Shown: positions 1 to 9,170 of the stretch, one piece after another
Layout of the letters: the number at the start of each line of letters is the position of its first letter
How positions within the stretch are numbered: position 1 is the stretch's first letter
Assembly (NCBI RefSeq): GCF_000737315.1
Contig: NZ_JMCB01000005.1
Coordinates: 20,001 to 82,000, forward strand
DNA: 62,000 nucleotides
Direction: 5' to 3'
DNA from: Hyalangium minutum
GTDB taxonomy: Bacteria; Myxococcota; Myxococcia; Myxococcales; Myxococcaceae
Notes under the pieces: generated by a model
Database searches by the model: none
Seen by the model: the letters and a program-made list of their open reading frames with translations, nothing else
What the model was told of the DNA's origin: nothing
Position numbers and translations under genes: made by a program

Positions 1-641
1 TCGGGGCGGCCGAAGATCTGCTCCAGCTCCTTCTCGTAGAGGGCTTGGATTTCCTGGAGGGCCTTCTGGTCCTCCTCGATGCGGGTGAGGAGCGCGGCCT
101 TCCACGCGGGCGACTGCGGGAGCGACTCGATGGCGGCGCGCAGGTCCGTGAGGGAGTCCTTGAAGGCGAGCTTGTCGCCGTCGCGCAGGTCGGGCGACTT
201 CTCCAGCCACTCGAGGAAGGCGGAGATGCCGGCCGGCGCGGCTGTGCTGCTGGCGGTGGCGGTGAGTTCCTCGCCGAACTGCTCGCCGAGCTCATCAAGG
301 GCGTGCCGGTTCTGCTCGAAGATCATCCGGCCGACGACGGTGATGCGCTCACGGGCATCGTCATCGAGCGAGGCCTGATCCGAGGCCAGGACGATGTTCT
401 TCCGGTAGCGGGTGACGATCTCGCTCAGCTCCTGGGCGCGGGAGGCCGGAACGGCGGGCGCCGAAGCCGCGGCAGATGGGGTGCTAGGGCTCGGCGAGGA
501 GGGCGCGGTAGCGGCAGGAGCCGGGGGCGTCGCGGGAGGATTGGATGCCTTGCCCTTGCAAGAGGTGAGGAGGCCAACGGCGGCGAGCGTGATCAGGCTC
601 GTCGCGAGGCGCGAGAATCGAGCCGAGCGGGAAGTGTGCAT
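1..641 (-). CDS. Lipoprotein, N-terminal part only (runs off the window edge); possibly murein L,D-transpeptidase catalytic-domain family
   Basis: Not in the ORF track (no stop in window). Open frame from ATG at 641: MHTSRSARFSRLATSLITLAAVGLLTSCKGK (lipobox LTSC), Pro/Ala/Ser linker, then helical region ...DKLAFKDSLTDL...ALQEIQALYEKELEQIFGR. The family guess is from memory of similar N-terminal regions; no catalytic domain lies in the window. Confidence 0.6.
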   Translation of the reverse strand, partial: MHTSRSARFSRLATSLITLAAVGLLTSCKGKASNPPATPPAPAATAPSSPSPSTPSAAASAPAVPASRAQELSEIVTRYRKNIVLASDQASLDDDARERITVVGRMIFEQNRHALDELGEQFGEELTATASSTAAPAGISAFLEWLEKSPDLRDGDKLAFKDSLTDLRAAIESLPQSPAWKAALLTRIEEDQKALQEIQALYEKELEQIFGRP

Positions 642-770
642 GTGAACTGAGGGACTCCGCCGCGAAGAATGCCGGGCCGAGCGTGGGGTGCCAAGTCGCA
701 TCAAGTAGGACTATGACGCACAGTGAAGCGCCCGCATCCTTATATAGGAGCGAGCAGGCTCCACGCGGGG

Positions 771-1349
771 TCAGGGCGACCGGAGCGGGGGCCAGAGGTC
801 ACCGAGCTTCAGCTCGATGGCATCGAAGGGCTCGGCGCGGATGACGTCGTCCTCGCCGTAGACGCCCAGTTCCAGCCAGCGCCCGCTGCTCAGCTTGCTG
901 ACAGAGAGCGTCCGCGCCTCGATGTCGATGAACCAGAGGTGGCCCACGTCGATGCGTGCGTAGAAGGGGCGCTTGATGCGCTGATCATAGGCACGCGTCG
1001 TGGGCGAAAGGATCTCGCAGGCCCAGTCTGGAGCAACGGTCCAGCGCTCAGGCCACTCCGGCACACGTTCACGGCGCCAGCCGGCGAGGTCTGGGATGAA
1101 CTCGGGAGAGCCTTCGAGTTGGATGCCGGGTTCCGTTTCGATCCACCAGCCGCCCGGGCCACCGCGACCTACCTGGAAGGGACCGTCGAGCCCACCGAAG
1201 AGCCTGCCTTCGACGATGCCGTGACCCGCGCGTGGACGGGCATGGGTATAGAGCGTCCCCTCGATGATCTCTCCCACGAGGTTCTCTGGGAGAGCTTCGA
1301 GGTCGGCGAGGGTCGGGGGACCCTTGAGCTGTCGTGCGCCGTAACCCAT
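771..1349 (-). CDS. Uma2 family (PD-(D/E)xK) putative endonuclease
   Basis: EIIEG, PDLAGWRRER, APDWACEILSPTTRAYD..KRPFYARIDVGHLWFID motifs typical of myxobacterial Uma2 proteins; start moved to MGYGARQ. Confidence 0.88.
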   Translation of the reverse strand: MGYGARQLKGPPTLADLEALPENLVGEIIEGTLYTHARPRAGHGIVEGRLFGGLDGPFQVGRGGPGGWWIETEPGIQLEGSPEFIPDLAGWRRERVPEWPERWTVAPDWACEILSPTTRAYDQRIKRPFYARIDVGHLWFIDIEARTLSVSKLSSGRWLELGVYGEDDVIRAEPFDAIELKLGDLWPPLRSP

Positions 1350-1415
1350 GGGATAAGTCTGGAGATAACGCGGGCCGCTGGCAAGCAAGCCCACGGTGGG
1401 CTGCTCATTCCCTGG

Positions 1416-2153
1416 CTACAGCTTCAGCTTCTTGAAGATGCCCTCAGGGATGGAGCGGATGATGAACATGATGAGGGCCCACTTGGCGGGGACGTAGACC
1501 TCGTTCTTGCGTTTATCGGCCGCACGCAGAATCCCTCGGGCGACTTGCTCCGGCGAGGCAAAGAGCTTGTTCTTCGGGATGTGCGCCGTCATGGGCGTGT
1601 CCACGAAGCCGGGCTTCACCGTCACCACGGCGACACCCGAGCGCGACAGCCGGTTGCGCAGCCCCTGGAGGAACACGTTCAGCGCGCCCTTCGAGGCGCC
1701 ATACACGTAGTTGCTCTGCCGGCCCCGGTCTCCCGCCACCGAGGAGATGACTACCAGCGTGCCGGCCTTTTGCGCCTCGAAGCGGTTGGCGAGCACCGTC
1801 AGCAGGGAGGCCGCGCTCAGGAAGTTGGTGCGCAGCACCTTCTCCGTCTCTGCCCAGGAGCGCTCGCAGGTCTTCTGGTCTCCGAGCACGCCGTGCGCAA
1901 TCAGCGCTCCATCCAATCCGCCGAGTGCCTGAGCCGCACGTTCCACCAGTGCCTCGTGCGCGGAGAAGTCGTCGAGATCCAGCGCCTGCTGCTCCACCTT
2001 GGCGGCCCCGCGAGTGGCTGCGTCCCTCGCGACCGCATCGAGGTTCGTGGCGTTGCGGCCCACCAGATACAGCGCGGCCCCACGCGCGGCGAGCAGCCGC
2101 ACCGTGGCCTGTGCGATGGCGCTCGTGGCACCGAGGACAAGGACCTTCTTCAT
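1416..2153 (-). CDS. SDR oxidoreductase, DprE2-like (decaprenylphosphoryl-2-keto-pentose reductase family)
   Basis: GATSAIA Rossmann motif, SSVAGDRGRQSNYVYGASK (YxxxK); start overlaps the upstream stop (ATGA). Confidence 0.85.
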   Translation of the reverse strand: MKKVLVLGATSAIAQATVRLLAARGAALYLVGRNATNLDAVARDAATRGAAKVEQQALDLDDFSAHEALVERAAQALGGLDGALIAHGVLGDQKTCERSWAETEKVLRTNFLSAASLLTVLANRFEAQKAGTLVVISSVAGDRGRQSNYVYGASKGALNVFLQGLRNRLSRSGVAVVTVKPGFVDTPMTAHIPKNKLFASPEQVARGILRAADKRKNEVYVPAKWALIMFIIRSIPEGIFKKLKL

Positions 2154-3505
2154 GGTGAGCGGACCATAGCTTGTGCTTGCGACGAATCGAGCACCCGGCG
2201 CCAGAAGGAAGACGAGAACGCGGGGTCCACGTACGGCTTGAATCGCTCGAGCTGCGGGAAGTATGCCGCGAAGTTCTCAGCGCTCATCCGTGCATCCTTC
2301 GCCGGGTACACCGCACCGCCTGCTTGCCGCGTGACGTGATCCAACTCCGCCACCAGCTTCCAGGTGCGCTCGCCCCGGTTCGCGAAGTCCAGCGCCAGCG
2401 TCACTCCCGGCCGAGGGAAGGACAGCCACCCCGGCGACGCCACGCTCCCAAACGTCTTCAGCACGTTCAGGAAGCTCGGCACCTCGCGTGCGCTGCGCTC
2501 CAAAATCTCCCGCAGCGCATCCCGAGCCGTCGCATGCGGCACCACGCACTGGAACTGCAAGAACCCCCGCCGTCCGTAGATGCGGTTCCACCGATGCACG
2601 GCATCCAGTGGATAGAAGAACGGATCGTAGTGCTGCAGCTTGGGGCCCCGGTTGATCAGGTTCACCCGGTAGTAGAGCCAGTTGAACGCCGCCACCGACA
2701 GCCAGTTCAGGCTGAAGCCCGGAAAATCGATCGGCACCACCAGCCCCGAGCCGCTGTTCAAGTGGCTCTTCTTCAGCGGCAGCCCCTCCAGCTGCGGCGG
2801 CGCGAAGTTCCCCCGGTAATACAGCCCGCGTCCCAGCCTCCGGCCCTTCGCCAGCCCATCCAGCCACGCGACCGTGAACTCGTAGTCCGGCTCGGACTCC
2901 CGTGACACTTCGAAGAACGCGTCCAGGTTCTCCAGCGGCACGGTCTCCGTCAGCACGAACGGGTTGTGAATGGGCCGCAGCTGCACCTCGGCCCACAGGA
3001 TGAGCCCCGTCAGTCCCAGGCCCGCGATGGTGGCCTCGTACCAGTCACGGTTCTCCTCGGGAGAGCACACCCGCCGGCTGCCATCCGAGCGCAGCAGCTC
3101 GAACCGCTTCACATACCGTCCGAACGTTCCGGCCCGGTGGTGGTTCTTGCCGTGCACATCGTTTGCGATCGCCCCACCCACCGTGACGAACTTCGTCCCC
3201 GGCGTGACCGGCAGGAACCAGCCCCGAGGCACTGCCAGCCGGAGAAGGGTCTCCAGCGTGACGCCCGCCTCGCACCGCACCACGCCCGTGGCCGCATCGA
3301 AGTCCAGCAGCCGGTCCAGCGCCGCCGTGGTGAGCAGCGTGCCGCCCTCGTTCAGGCACGAGTCCCCATAGCTCCGCCCCATCCCGTACGGCAGCAGGGT
3401 GCCATCACCGGCCTCCGGGAGCCGGTCCGTCTGCCAGACGATGGGGTGCGCCGCCTGCTGCGTGGCAAGCGGGTAGCGCCCCCAAGATTGATGCCCGTTC
3501 GTCAT
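2150..3505 (-). CDS. FAD-binding oxidoreductase, DprE1-like
   Basis: GMGRSYGDS, PVTPGTKFVTVGGAIANDVHGKNHH, GFLQFQCVVP, YPAKDARM motifs of the DprE1 family. Confidence 0.88.
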   Translation of the reverse strand: MTNGHQSWGRYPLATQQAAHPIVWQTDRLPEAGDGTLLPYGMGRSYGDSCLNEGGTLLTTAALDRLLDFDAATGVVRCEAGVTLETLLRLAVPRGWFLPVTPGTKFVTVGGAIANDVHGKNHHRAGTFGRYVKRFELLRSDGSRRVCSPEENRDWYEATIAGLGLTGLILWAEVQLRPIHNPFVLTETVPLENLDAFFEVSRESEPDYEFTVAWLDGLAKGRRLGRGLYYRGNFAPPQLEGLPLKKSHLNSGSGLVVPIDFPGFSLNWLSVAAFNWLYYRVNLINRGPKLQHYDPFFYPLDAVHRWNRIYGRRGFLQFQCVVPHATARDALREILERSAREVPSFLNVLKTFGSVASPGWLSFPRPGVTLALDFANRGERTWKLVAELDHVTRQAGGAVYPAKDARMSAENFAAYFPQLERFKPYVDPAFSSSFWRRVLDSSQAQAMVRSP

Positions 3506-3515
3506 CCTGGCCTGC

Positions 3516-4964
3516 TCACGTGGCCACCAGCAGCACGAGCGCCGCCACCAGCCCCACCGCGTAGCTCACCTTATCTCGCAGCGCAAAGACCAGCGGATCC
3601 TCGTTCACCAGTCCCCGGTGCGCCAGCAGCCACACCCGGCTCACCCAGTACAGCATCACCGGGCACAGCATCCACAGCCGCTCGGGGTTGCTGTAGAGGA
3701 CCGTCACCTCCTTGCTGGTGATGTAGAACGCCAGCACCAGCACCGAGATGTACCCGGCCGCCACACCCAGGCTCGCCAGCTGCTCGTAGTCGCTCGCCAG
3801 GTAGCCTCGGCCCGGCGTCGCCTCCTCGTTGGCCAGCCGCAGCCGCCGGACCTCGGACAGCCGCTTCACCAGCGCCAGCGACAGGAACAGGAACATCGAG
3901 AAGGTGAACAGCCAGCTCGACGTCGGCACCCCCGTCGCAAGCGAGCCGCCGAAGATGCGCACCGTGTACAGGCCCGCCAGCACCAGCACATCCAGCACCA
4001 TCACCTGCTTGAGGTGCAGCGAGTACGCGAACGTCGCCAGATAGTACGTGGCCAGCAGCCCCACGAAGGGCAGCGGCAGCAGCAGCGCCGCCACCGTGAA
4101 GCCCGCCACCAACAGCACCGGCGCCAGCACCGCTCCCACCCTCACCGGCAAGTCACCCGAGGCGAACGGGCGCTTGCGCTTGGTCGGGTGCTGCCGGTCC
4201 GAGTCCAAGTCGAGCAAGTCATTGAGGATGTACACGCTGGATGCGCACAGGCTGAACGCCACGAAGGCCAGCGCCGCCTGCATCAGCAGCTCGAACTGCT
4301 GGGCCTTGTGCGCCAGCAGCGCCGGGACGAAGACCAGGATGTTCTTGGCCCACTGGTGCACGCGCAGCGCCTTCACCCACGTGCGCACGCTCGTGCGAGG
4401 CGCCTCGAAGACGCGCACCTCGCCCCGGCCCAGCGCACGCACCTTGCGCTCCAGCCCGGACGAGCCGTGCACCACCACCGCCCGCCGTGCCTCGCGCCAC
4501 AGCGCCAGGTCCACCTCGCCATCGCCCGCGTAGTCGAACTCGGGGTGCGCCTGCTTCAGCCGCGCCAGCTTCCTCGCGCCCGAGAGGTTCACCGTGCCGT
4601 CGCTGGCGTACACCTCGGAGAACAACTCCAGGTGCGCCGCCACCGCGTCCGCAATGGTCTGATCCGCCGCCGTCGCCAGCACCAGCCGCCGGCCCCGCGC
4701 CTTCTCCTCCCGAAGGTAGGCCAGCAGTGGCTCGCTGTAGGGCAGGCGCGCGGCATCCAGCTTCACCCGTCGTCCCACCTCCGCCTTGAAGGCCGCCTTG
4801 CCCTTGAGCATCCACAGCGCCGCGAGCACCAGCAGCAGCGGGTTGCGCTTGAGCAGCACCAGCAGGCTCTCGTGCAGCGTGTCCGTGCGCACCAGTGTCC
4901 CGTCGAGATCGACGACGAGCGGCACGTCCGAGGCCGAGGTGGTGGCAGGTGAGGCGGAGGACAT
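3516..4964 (-). CDS. UbiA-family prenyltransferase (polyprenyl-phosphate phosphoribosyltransferase-like) with N-terminal HAD-like domain
   Basis: VVDLDGTL HAD motif; RVHQWAKN, YILNDLLDLDSDRQHPTKRKRPFASG, YSLHLKQ UbiA motifs; multiple TM segments; start reassigned to MSSASP. Confidence 0.88.
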   Translation of the reverse strand: MSSASPATTSASDVPLVVDLDGTLVRTDTLHESLLVLLKRNPLLLVLAALWMLKGKAAFKAEVGRRVKLDAARLPYSEPLLAYLREEKARGRRLVLATAADQTIADAVAAHLELFSEVYASDGTVNLSGARKLARLKQAHPEFDYAGDGEVDLALWREARRAVVVHGSSGLERKVRALGRGEVRVFEAPRTSVRTWVKALRVHQWAKNILVFVPALLAHKAQQFELLMQAALAFVAFSLCASSVYILNDLLDLDSDRQHPTKRKRPFASGDLPVRVGAVLAPVLLVAGFTVAALLLPLPFVGLLATYYLATFAYSLHLKQVMVLDVLVLAGLYTVRIFGGSLATGVPTSSWLFTFSMFLFLSLALVKRLSEVRRLRLANEEATPGRGYLASDYEQLASLGVAAGYISVLVLAFYITSKEVTVLYSNPERLWMLCPVMLYWVSRVWLLAHRGLVNEDPLVFALRDKVSYAVGLVAALVLLVAT

Positions 4965-5061
4965 CACGGAGCCCCGTAGGGTAGCGCGGGCCCGCCACAG
5001 GCTCCATTTCCACGTGACGGCTGCTGGCCCGGACCCGGAGGGAGGGAGGGATCGGGCGCGC

Positions 5062-6102
5062 TCATTCCGGCTGGGCGAGGATGAGCGTCTGCAGCGGTAG
5101 CCGCCGGATGGGCTGCGTCTTGGTGATCTTGAAGCCCGCGTCGTCCAGGAAGCCCTCCACCTCGGCAGGCGTGTACGCCGCCGCCTTCGAGGTGAGGAAG
5201 TAGTGCAGGCCAATGAGGGCCGAGGCGCTCGGCTCGGCCTCCACCTCCTCGCGCAGGTACTCCAGGACAGCGAGCGTGCCCTTGGGCCCCAGCGCGGTGC
5301 GCACCCGGCGCAGCAGCGCCACGTTCTGCGCGGGCGACAGGTGGTGCACCACCTGAAACAGGAGCGCCGCATCGTACGGGCCGCCCAGCTCCGCCGTGAG
5401 GATGTCGCCCTCACGGTGCGTCACCACGTGCGACAGGCCCGCCGCCGCGATGATCTCCCGCCCCACGCGTGCACTGCCCTCCAGGTCCACCACCGTGGCC
5501 TTCAGCCCGCGGTGCTTCTGGCACAGCTCCGCCGAGAACCAGCCATGCGCCCCGCCCAGGTCCAGCAGGTGCTTGGCGCCTCGGGGCAGCGGAATGGCCG
5601 AGGCCACCTCCGGCGCCGCCAGCCGCGCCAGCTGGTGCATGGCGTGGATGTAGTCCTTCCACCGCGGGTCATCCGGCGCGAAGTCGTGGATGTCCACCGG
5701 CTTGCCGGTGCGCACTGTCTCCTCCAACTCGCTCCACCACGACCACTGGGCGTAGTTGAACTCGATGAAGCCGCCGATGTACTGCGGCGAGCGCGGATCC
5801 AGCCAGCGCCGCGCCCGCTCATCCAGCAGGTAGCGGTCGCGCTTGCGCTTCACCACCTCGCAGGACACCAGGCCCTCGAGCAGTGCGCGCGTCCCCTCGG
5901 GCGAGAGCTTCAGCCGCTCGGCCAGGGCCTCCGCGGTGGCCGGGCCCTCCGCCAGCGCCGCGTACACCCCCAGCCTCACGCCCGCCATCATCGTCCGGGA
6001 GCTCATCATCCCGAAGAAGACGTGGGCGATGGGCATGGGCGCCAGGTTGAACCAGTTCGCCACCCGCTCCAACAGGTTGTCCGCCCTGAAGCCGAGCCGC
6101 AC
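5062..6102 (-). CDS. SAM-dependent O-methyltransferase (dimerisation plus Methyltransf_2 type)
   Basis: LLDLGGAHG SAM motif, N-terminal winged dimerisation helix (TAEALAERLKL), FQVVHH; GTG start at 6102 overlaps the upstream TAG. Confidence 0.85.
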   Translation of the reverse strand: MRLGFRADNLLERVANWFNLAPMPIAHVFFGMMSSRTMMAGVRLGVYAALAEGPATAEALAERLKLSPEGTRALLEGLVSCEVVKRKRDRYLLDERARRWLDPRSPQYIGGFIEFNYAQWSWWSELEETVRTGKPVDIHDFAPDDPRWKDYIHAMHQLARLAAPEVASAIPLPRGAKHLLDLGGAHGWFSAELCQKHRGLKATVVDLEGSARVGREIIAAAGLSHVVTHREGDILTAELGGPYDAALLFQVVHHLSPAQNVALLRRVRTALGPKGTLAVLEYLREEVEAEPSASALIGLHYFLTSKAAAYTPAEVEGFLDDAGFKITKTQPIRRLPLQTLILAQPE

Positions 6103-6464
6103 TACGCCCTCCTCCGCAACGCCACCGCCAGCCCCACTCCCACCACCACCATCGCGGCCTCGGGGCCGCCCAGGCAGCCCACGCGCTCGGCCTCGCGAAT
6201 CCCGGTGTAGCGGCACTTGCCCTGGTTGCAATTGAAGCGCGGCGAGCAGTCGGAGCTGCTCCGGCAGTTCACCACCACGCGGCCCACGCCATCCTCACCT
6301 TCTGGGTTGTCCCGGTCCGGTCCACCCTCTCCCACCGAGGCGTCCGGCGCGGTGGAAGTCCCCCCATCCTCCCCACCTGTCTGGGCGTGTGCGGCCCAGG
6401 GCACACCCAGACACAGGGTGATCGCGGCGGTGAGCAGGCAGGTTCTTAGGGACAGGGGGGCCAT
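6102..6464 (-). CDS. Small secreted protein with 4-Cys motif and MYXO-CTERM-like sorting tail
   Basis: Signal peptide (..PWAAHA), acidic linker, CRSSSDCSPRFNCNQGKC, then GC + hydrophobic stretch + RRRA C-terminus. Confidence 0.7.
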   Translation of the reverse strand: MAPLSLRTCLLTAAITLCLGVPWAAHAQTGGEDGGTSTAPDASVGEGGPDRDNPEGEDGVGRVVVNCRSSSDCSPRFNCNQGKCRYTGIREAERVGCLGGPEAAMVVVGVGLAVALRRRA

Positions 6465-6567
6465 GGGGGTGTTCTGAACCTACCCTCCCACGCGCCCGGT
6501 TGCATCCTTTGGGAGTACAAACAGTTTCCTGATCCCGACCCGGGGTTTTGCTAGGTTACGCCCACCG

Positions 6568-7896
6568 ATGGCCCCCCGAATCCTCGTCGTCGACGACAAC
6601 CAGGAGCTCCTGTCTCTTCTCACGCAGCTCTTCGAGGATGCAGGCTATGAGGTGAGCGCGGCGAGCCGGGGCAAGCAGGCCACCGAGCTGGCCAAGGGCC
6701 AGGCGCTGTCCGCCGCGGTCATCGACGTGCTGCTGCCCGACATGATGGGCTACCACCTGGCGGACGCGCTCCGGAAGGAGCAGCCGCAGGTGCCGCTGCT
6801 CTTCATCACCGGTGTGTTCAAGGGTGGCAAGCACGCCATCGAGGCCCGGCAGAAGTACGCGGCCGCCGGCTACTTCGAGAAGCCCTTCGAGGCCCAGAAG
6901 CTCCTGGAGGCGGTGGCCAAGCTGGTGCCTCCGGAGAAGAAGGCCACGCCCCCAGCCCCCCGCCCGCAGGATGCGTTCGAGGTGGAGCTGGACATCGACG
7001 TGGAGGAGGAGGGGCCGCAGGACGCGATGGAGCTCACCGGCCGCATCAAGGTGACGGGCGGTGGCAACCTGTCGGCGGAGATTCGCGGCGCCAACCTGAC
7101 GGCCAGCCCCATGCAGAAGGGGCCGGTGACCGTGGTGCGGCATCCGCAGCCGGGCCGTCCGCCGGATCCGGTGCCCGCGGGCGCGGGCGGGCCGGGCATG
7201 CGCCGCGGCGAGCTGAAGGACAACCTGCCCTCGCTCATCACTGCCTTCTTCCTGTCGAAGGAGACCGGCGAGCTGGGCGTGCAGCGCGGCAAGGTGAAGA
7301 AGGTCGTCTACTTCGAGCACGGCACGCCGGTGTTCGCGCTGTCCAACCTGTTGTCGGACCGGTTCGGCCAGTTCCTCGTGCGCGTGGGGAAGATTCGCCC
7401 CGAGCAGCTCCAGGACGCGGCCACGGTGGCCACGCAGACGCAGCGCCGCACGGGAGACATCCTGGTGGAGCGCGGGCTGCTCAAGGACACTGAGCGGCTG
7501 TACTACGTGGGCCAGCAGGTGAAGGCGATCATCTACTCGCTCTTCTCGTGGGAGGACGGCACCTACGTGATGAGCTTCAAGGAGAAGGCGACCGCCGAGT
7601 CCATCAAGCTGGACCTGCACCCGGCGAACCTGATCGTCCGCGGGGTGAAGAAGCTCTACAAGCCGGAGCGCCTGCGCCGGCTGCTGCGGCCGGAGGATCG
7701 GCTCATCCCGGCGGTGGCGCCCTCGTACAATCTCAGCGAGGTGGAGCTGGAGCGGTGGGAGGCGGAGTTGCTGCCGCGCGTGGATGGGAACCGGACGGTG
7801 GCGGAGCTCCTGGCGTACGCCAACCGGCCCGAGCAGGTGGTCTACGGCTTCCTGGTGGCGATGCAGTCGCTGGGCGTGCTGGACCGGCGGCAGTAG
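6568..7896 (+). CDS. Response regulator receiver fused to DUF4388/PatA-N-like domain
   Basis: VVDDN, phosphoacceptor IDVLLPD, ITG, EKPF; C-terminal ETGELGVQRGKVKKVVYFEHG...FGQFLVRVG...FSWEDGTYVM typical of DUF4388. Confidence 0.85.
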   Translation: MAPRILVVDDNQELLSLLTQLFEDAGYEVSAASRGKQATELAKGQALSAAVIDVLLPDMMGYHLADALRKEQPQVPLLFITGVFKGGKHAIEARQKYAAAGYFEKPFEAQKLLEAVAKLVPPEKKATPPAPRPQDAFEVELDIDVEEEGPQDAMELTGRIKVTGGGNLSAEIRGANLTASPMQKGPVTVVRHPQPGRPPDPVPAGAGGPGMRRGELKDNLPSLITAFFLSKETGELGVQRGKVKKVVYFEHGTPVFALSNLLSDRFGQFLVRVGKIRPEQLQDAATVATQTQRRTGDILVERGLLKDTERLYYVGQQVKAIIYSLFSWEDGTYVMSFKEKATAESIKLDLHPANLIVRGVKKLYKPERLRRLLRPEDRLIPAVAPSYNLSEVELERWEAELLPRVDGNRTVAELLAYANRPEQVVYGFLVAMQSLGVLDRRQ

Positions 7897-7905
7897 GCGC
7901 GGCGG

Positions 7906-8547
7906 TTAGAGCCGCGAGCCGATCCAAAACATGCCGAGCGCGCCCGAGCCCACGGCGATGGCGCGGTGGACCCAGGTGGCCAGTCCCGCGCCCAGGCGGG
8001 ACATGCCCTCGGCGAAGATCAGACCCACGGCGCCCATGCCCAGGAGGATGCCCAGGGCGAAGCCGGGCAGGTAGCTCCACGCGCCCAGGCTCATGCTGCC
8101 GCCCATGAGGAGCGGGGGCAGCGCCAGCAGCAGCGAGCGCACGCCGCTGACGGCCATGAGGGCGCCCGCGGCGGTGCTGACCTTCTCGTGGACGTGGTGG
8201 TGGGGCTCCACGGTGTGGCCGGGCAGGTGCGGGTGTCCGTGGCGCAGGCTGTTGGGGAAGAGCAGGGCGGTGACGGCCAGGGCCACGAGCACGCCGCCAC
8301 CGAACACTTCGGCCCAGCGCTCGAAGGCCTCGGACAGGCCCACCCCGGCGAGCAGGCAGACAGCGGCCACCGTGCCCAGCACCGCCGCGTGGCCGAAAGC
8401 GAAGCGCAGCGCGGTGAGCAGGGCGGCGCGGCGCCGGCCGGTGCCCAGGGTGTTGAGCGTGGCCATGGCGGCGCAGTGGTCCGGCCCCACCGCGTGGAGC
8501 AGGCCCTGGCCGAGACCGACGGCGAATGCGAAGAAGACGGGAGACAC
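7906..8547 (-). CDS. UreH/NicO-like nickel-cobalt transporter-type membrane protein
   Basis: GLLHAVGPDHCAA motif, FAFGHAAV, His-rich loop (HGHPHLPGHTVEPHHHVH), about 6 TM segments; GTG start chosen at 8547. Confidence 0.7.
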   Translation of the reverse strand: MSPVFFAFAVGLGQGLLHAVGPDHCAAMATLNTLGTGRRRAALLTALRFAFGHAAVLGTVAAVCLLAGVGLSEAFERWAEVFGGGVLVALAVTALLFPNSLRHGHPHLPGHTVEPHHHVHEKVSTAAGALMAVSGVRSLLLALPPLLMGGSMSLGAWSYLPGFALGILLGMGAVGLIFAEGMSRLGAGLATWVHRAIAVGSGALGMFWIGSRL

Positions 8548-8598
8548 TGCGGCGCACCCTAGCCGCGCGGTGCACGTATGGCCAGCATAGGAGTCACC

Positions 8599-9093
8599 AT
8601 GGTTTTCACTTTGATGCATCGACGGCTGGCTGCGGGGGTGTGGGTGCTGAGTTTGTGTTTGTTGCCGGGCTGTGACGAGGGCCCGAAGCAGCTCACCCAG
8701 GCCGAGGCCCAGTACGCGGACCTCGTCGGGCGCGGGGTGGCACCGAAGGATCCGGCCTGGGACTCGGTGATTGCCGCCTTCGAGGCCATCCCGAAGGACT
8801 CGAAGGCCCGGCCCGAGGCGGAGCGGCGGCTGGAAGCCTTGCGGACGCTGCGAGGCAAGCTGCCGCCCCGGCCGCTGGCCACGCCGGGTGCGACGGGGCC
8901 GGGAGCGGACGCGGTGGAGGCGCAGCGCGCGGAGTGCGAGAGGCTCGCGAAGGAGCTGGGCACGGCCTCGGAGGCGCAGCGCGAACAGGTGCGACAGGCG
9001 CTCACGGCCTGCCGGGAGAAGCTGGTGCGGCTGGAGGCCTCGGCGCACCCACCGGGCGAGGGCGGAGGAGCGGAGCCGGAGGGAGCGCACTGA
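8599..9093 (+). CDS. Hypothetical helical lipoprotein
   Basis: AGGAG RBS before ATG 8599; lipobox LPGC; Cys pair (EC...AC) in helical region. Confidence 0.7.
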   Translation: MVFTLMHRRLAAGVWVLSLCLLPGCDEGPKQLTQAEAQYADLVGRGVAPKDPAWDSVIAAFEAIPKDSKARPEAERRLEALRTLRGKLPPRPLATPGATGPGADAVEAQRAECERLAKELGTASEAQREQVRQALTACREKLVRLEASAHPPGEGGGAEPEGAH

Positions 9094-9170
9094 CGCCGGG
9101 GTGGGCGCGCCACAGGTGACCTGTGAAGTAGTGCTTGCCTCAGCCGAGCGAGGGAGCTAGCACAAGGGCC

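Noticed and set aside
771-1349. Uma2 nuclease as a mobile element or defence system
   Set aside because: No flanking repeats, transposase or partner genes; Uma2 paralogues are abundant and scattered in myxobacteria.
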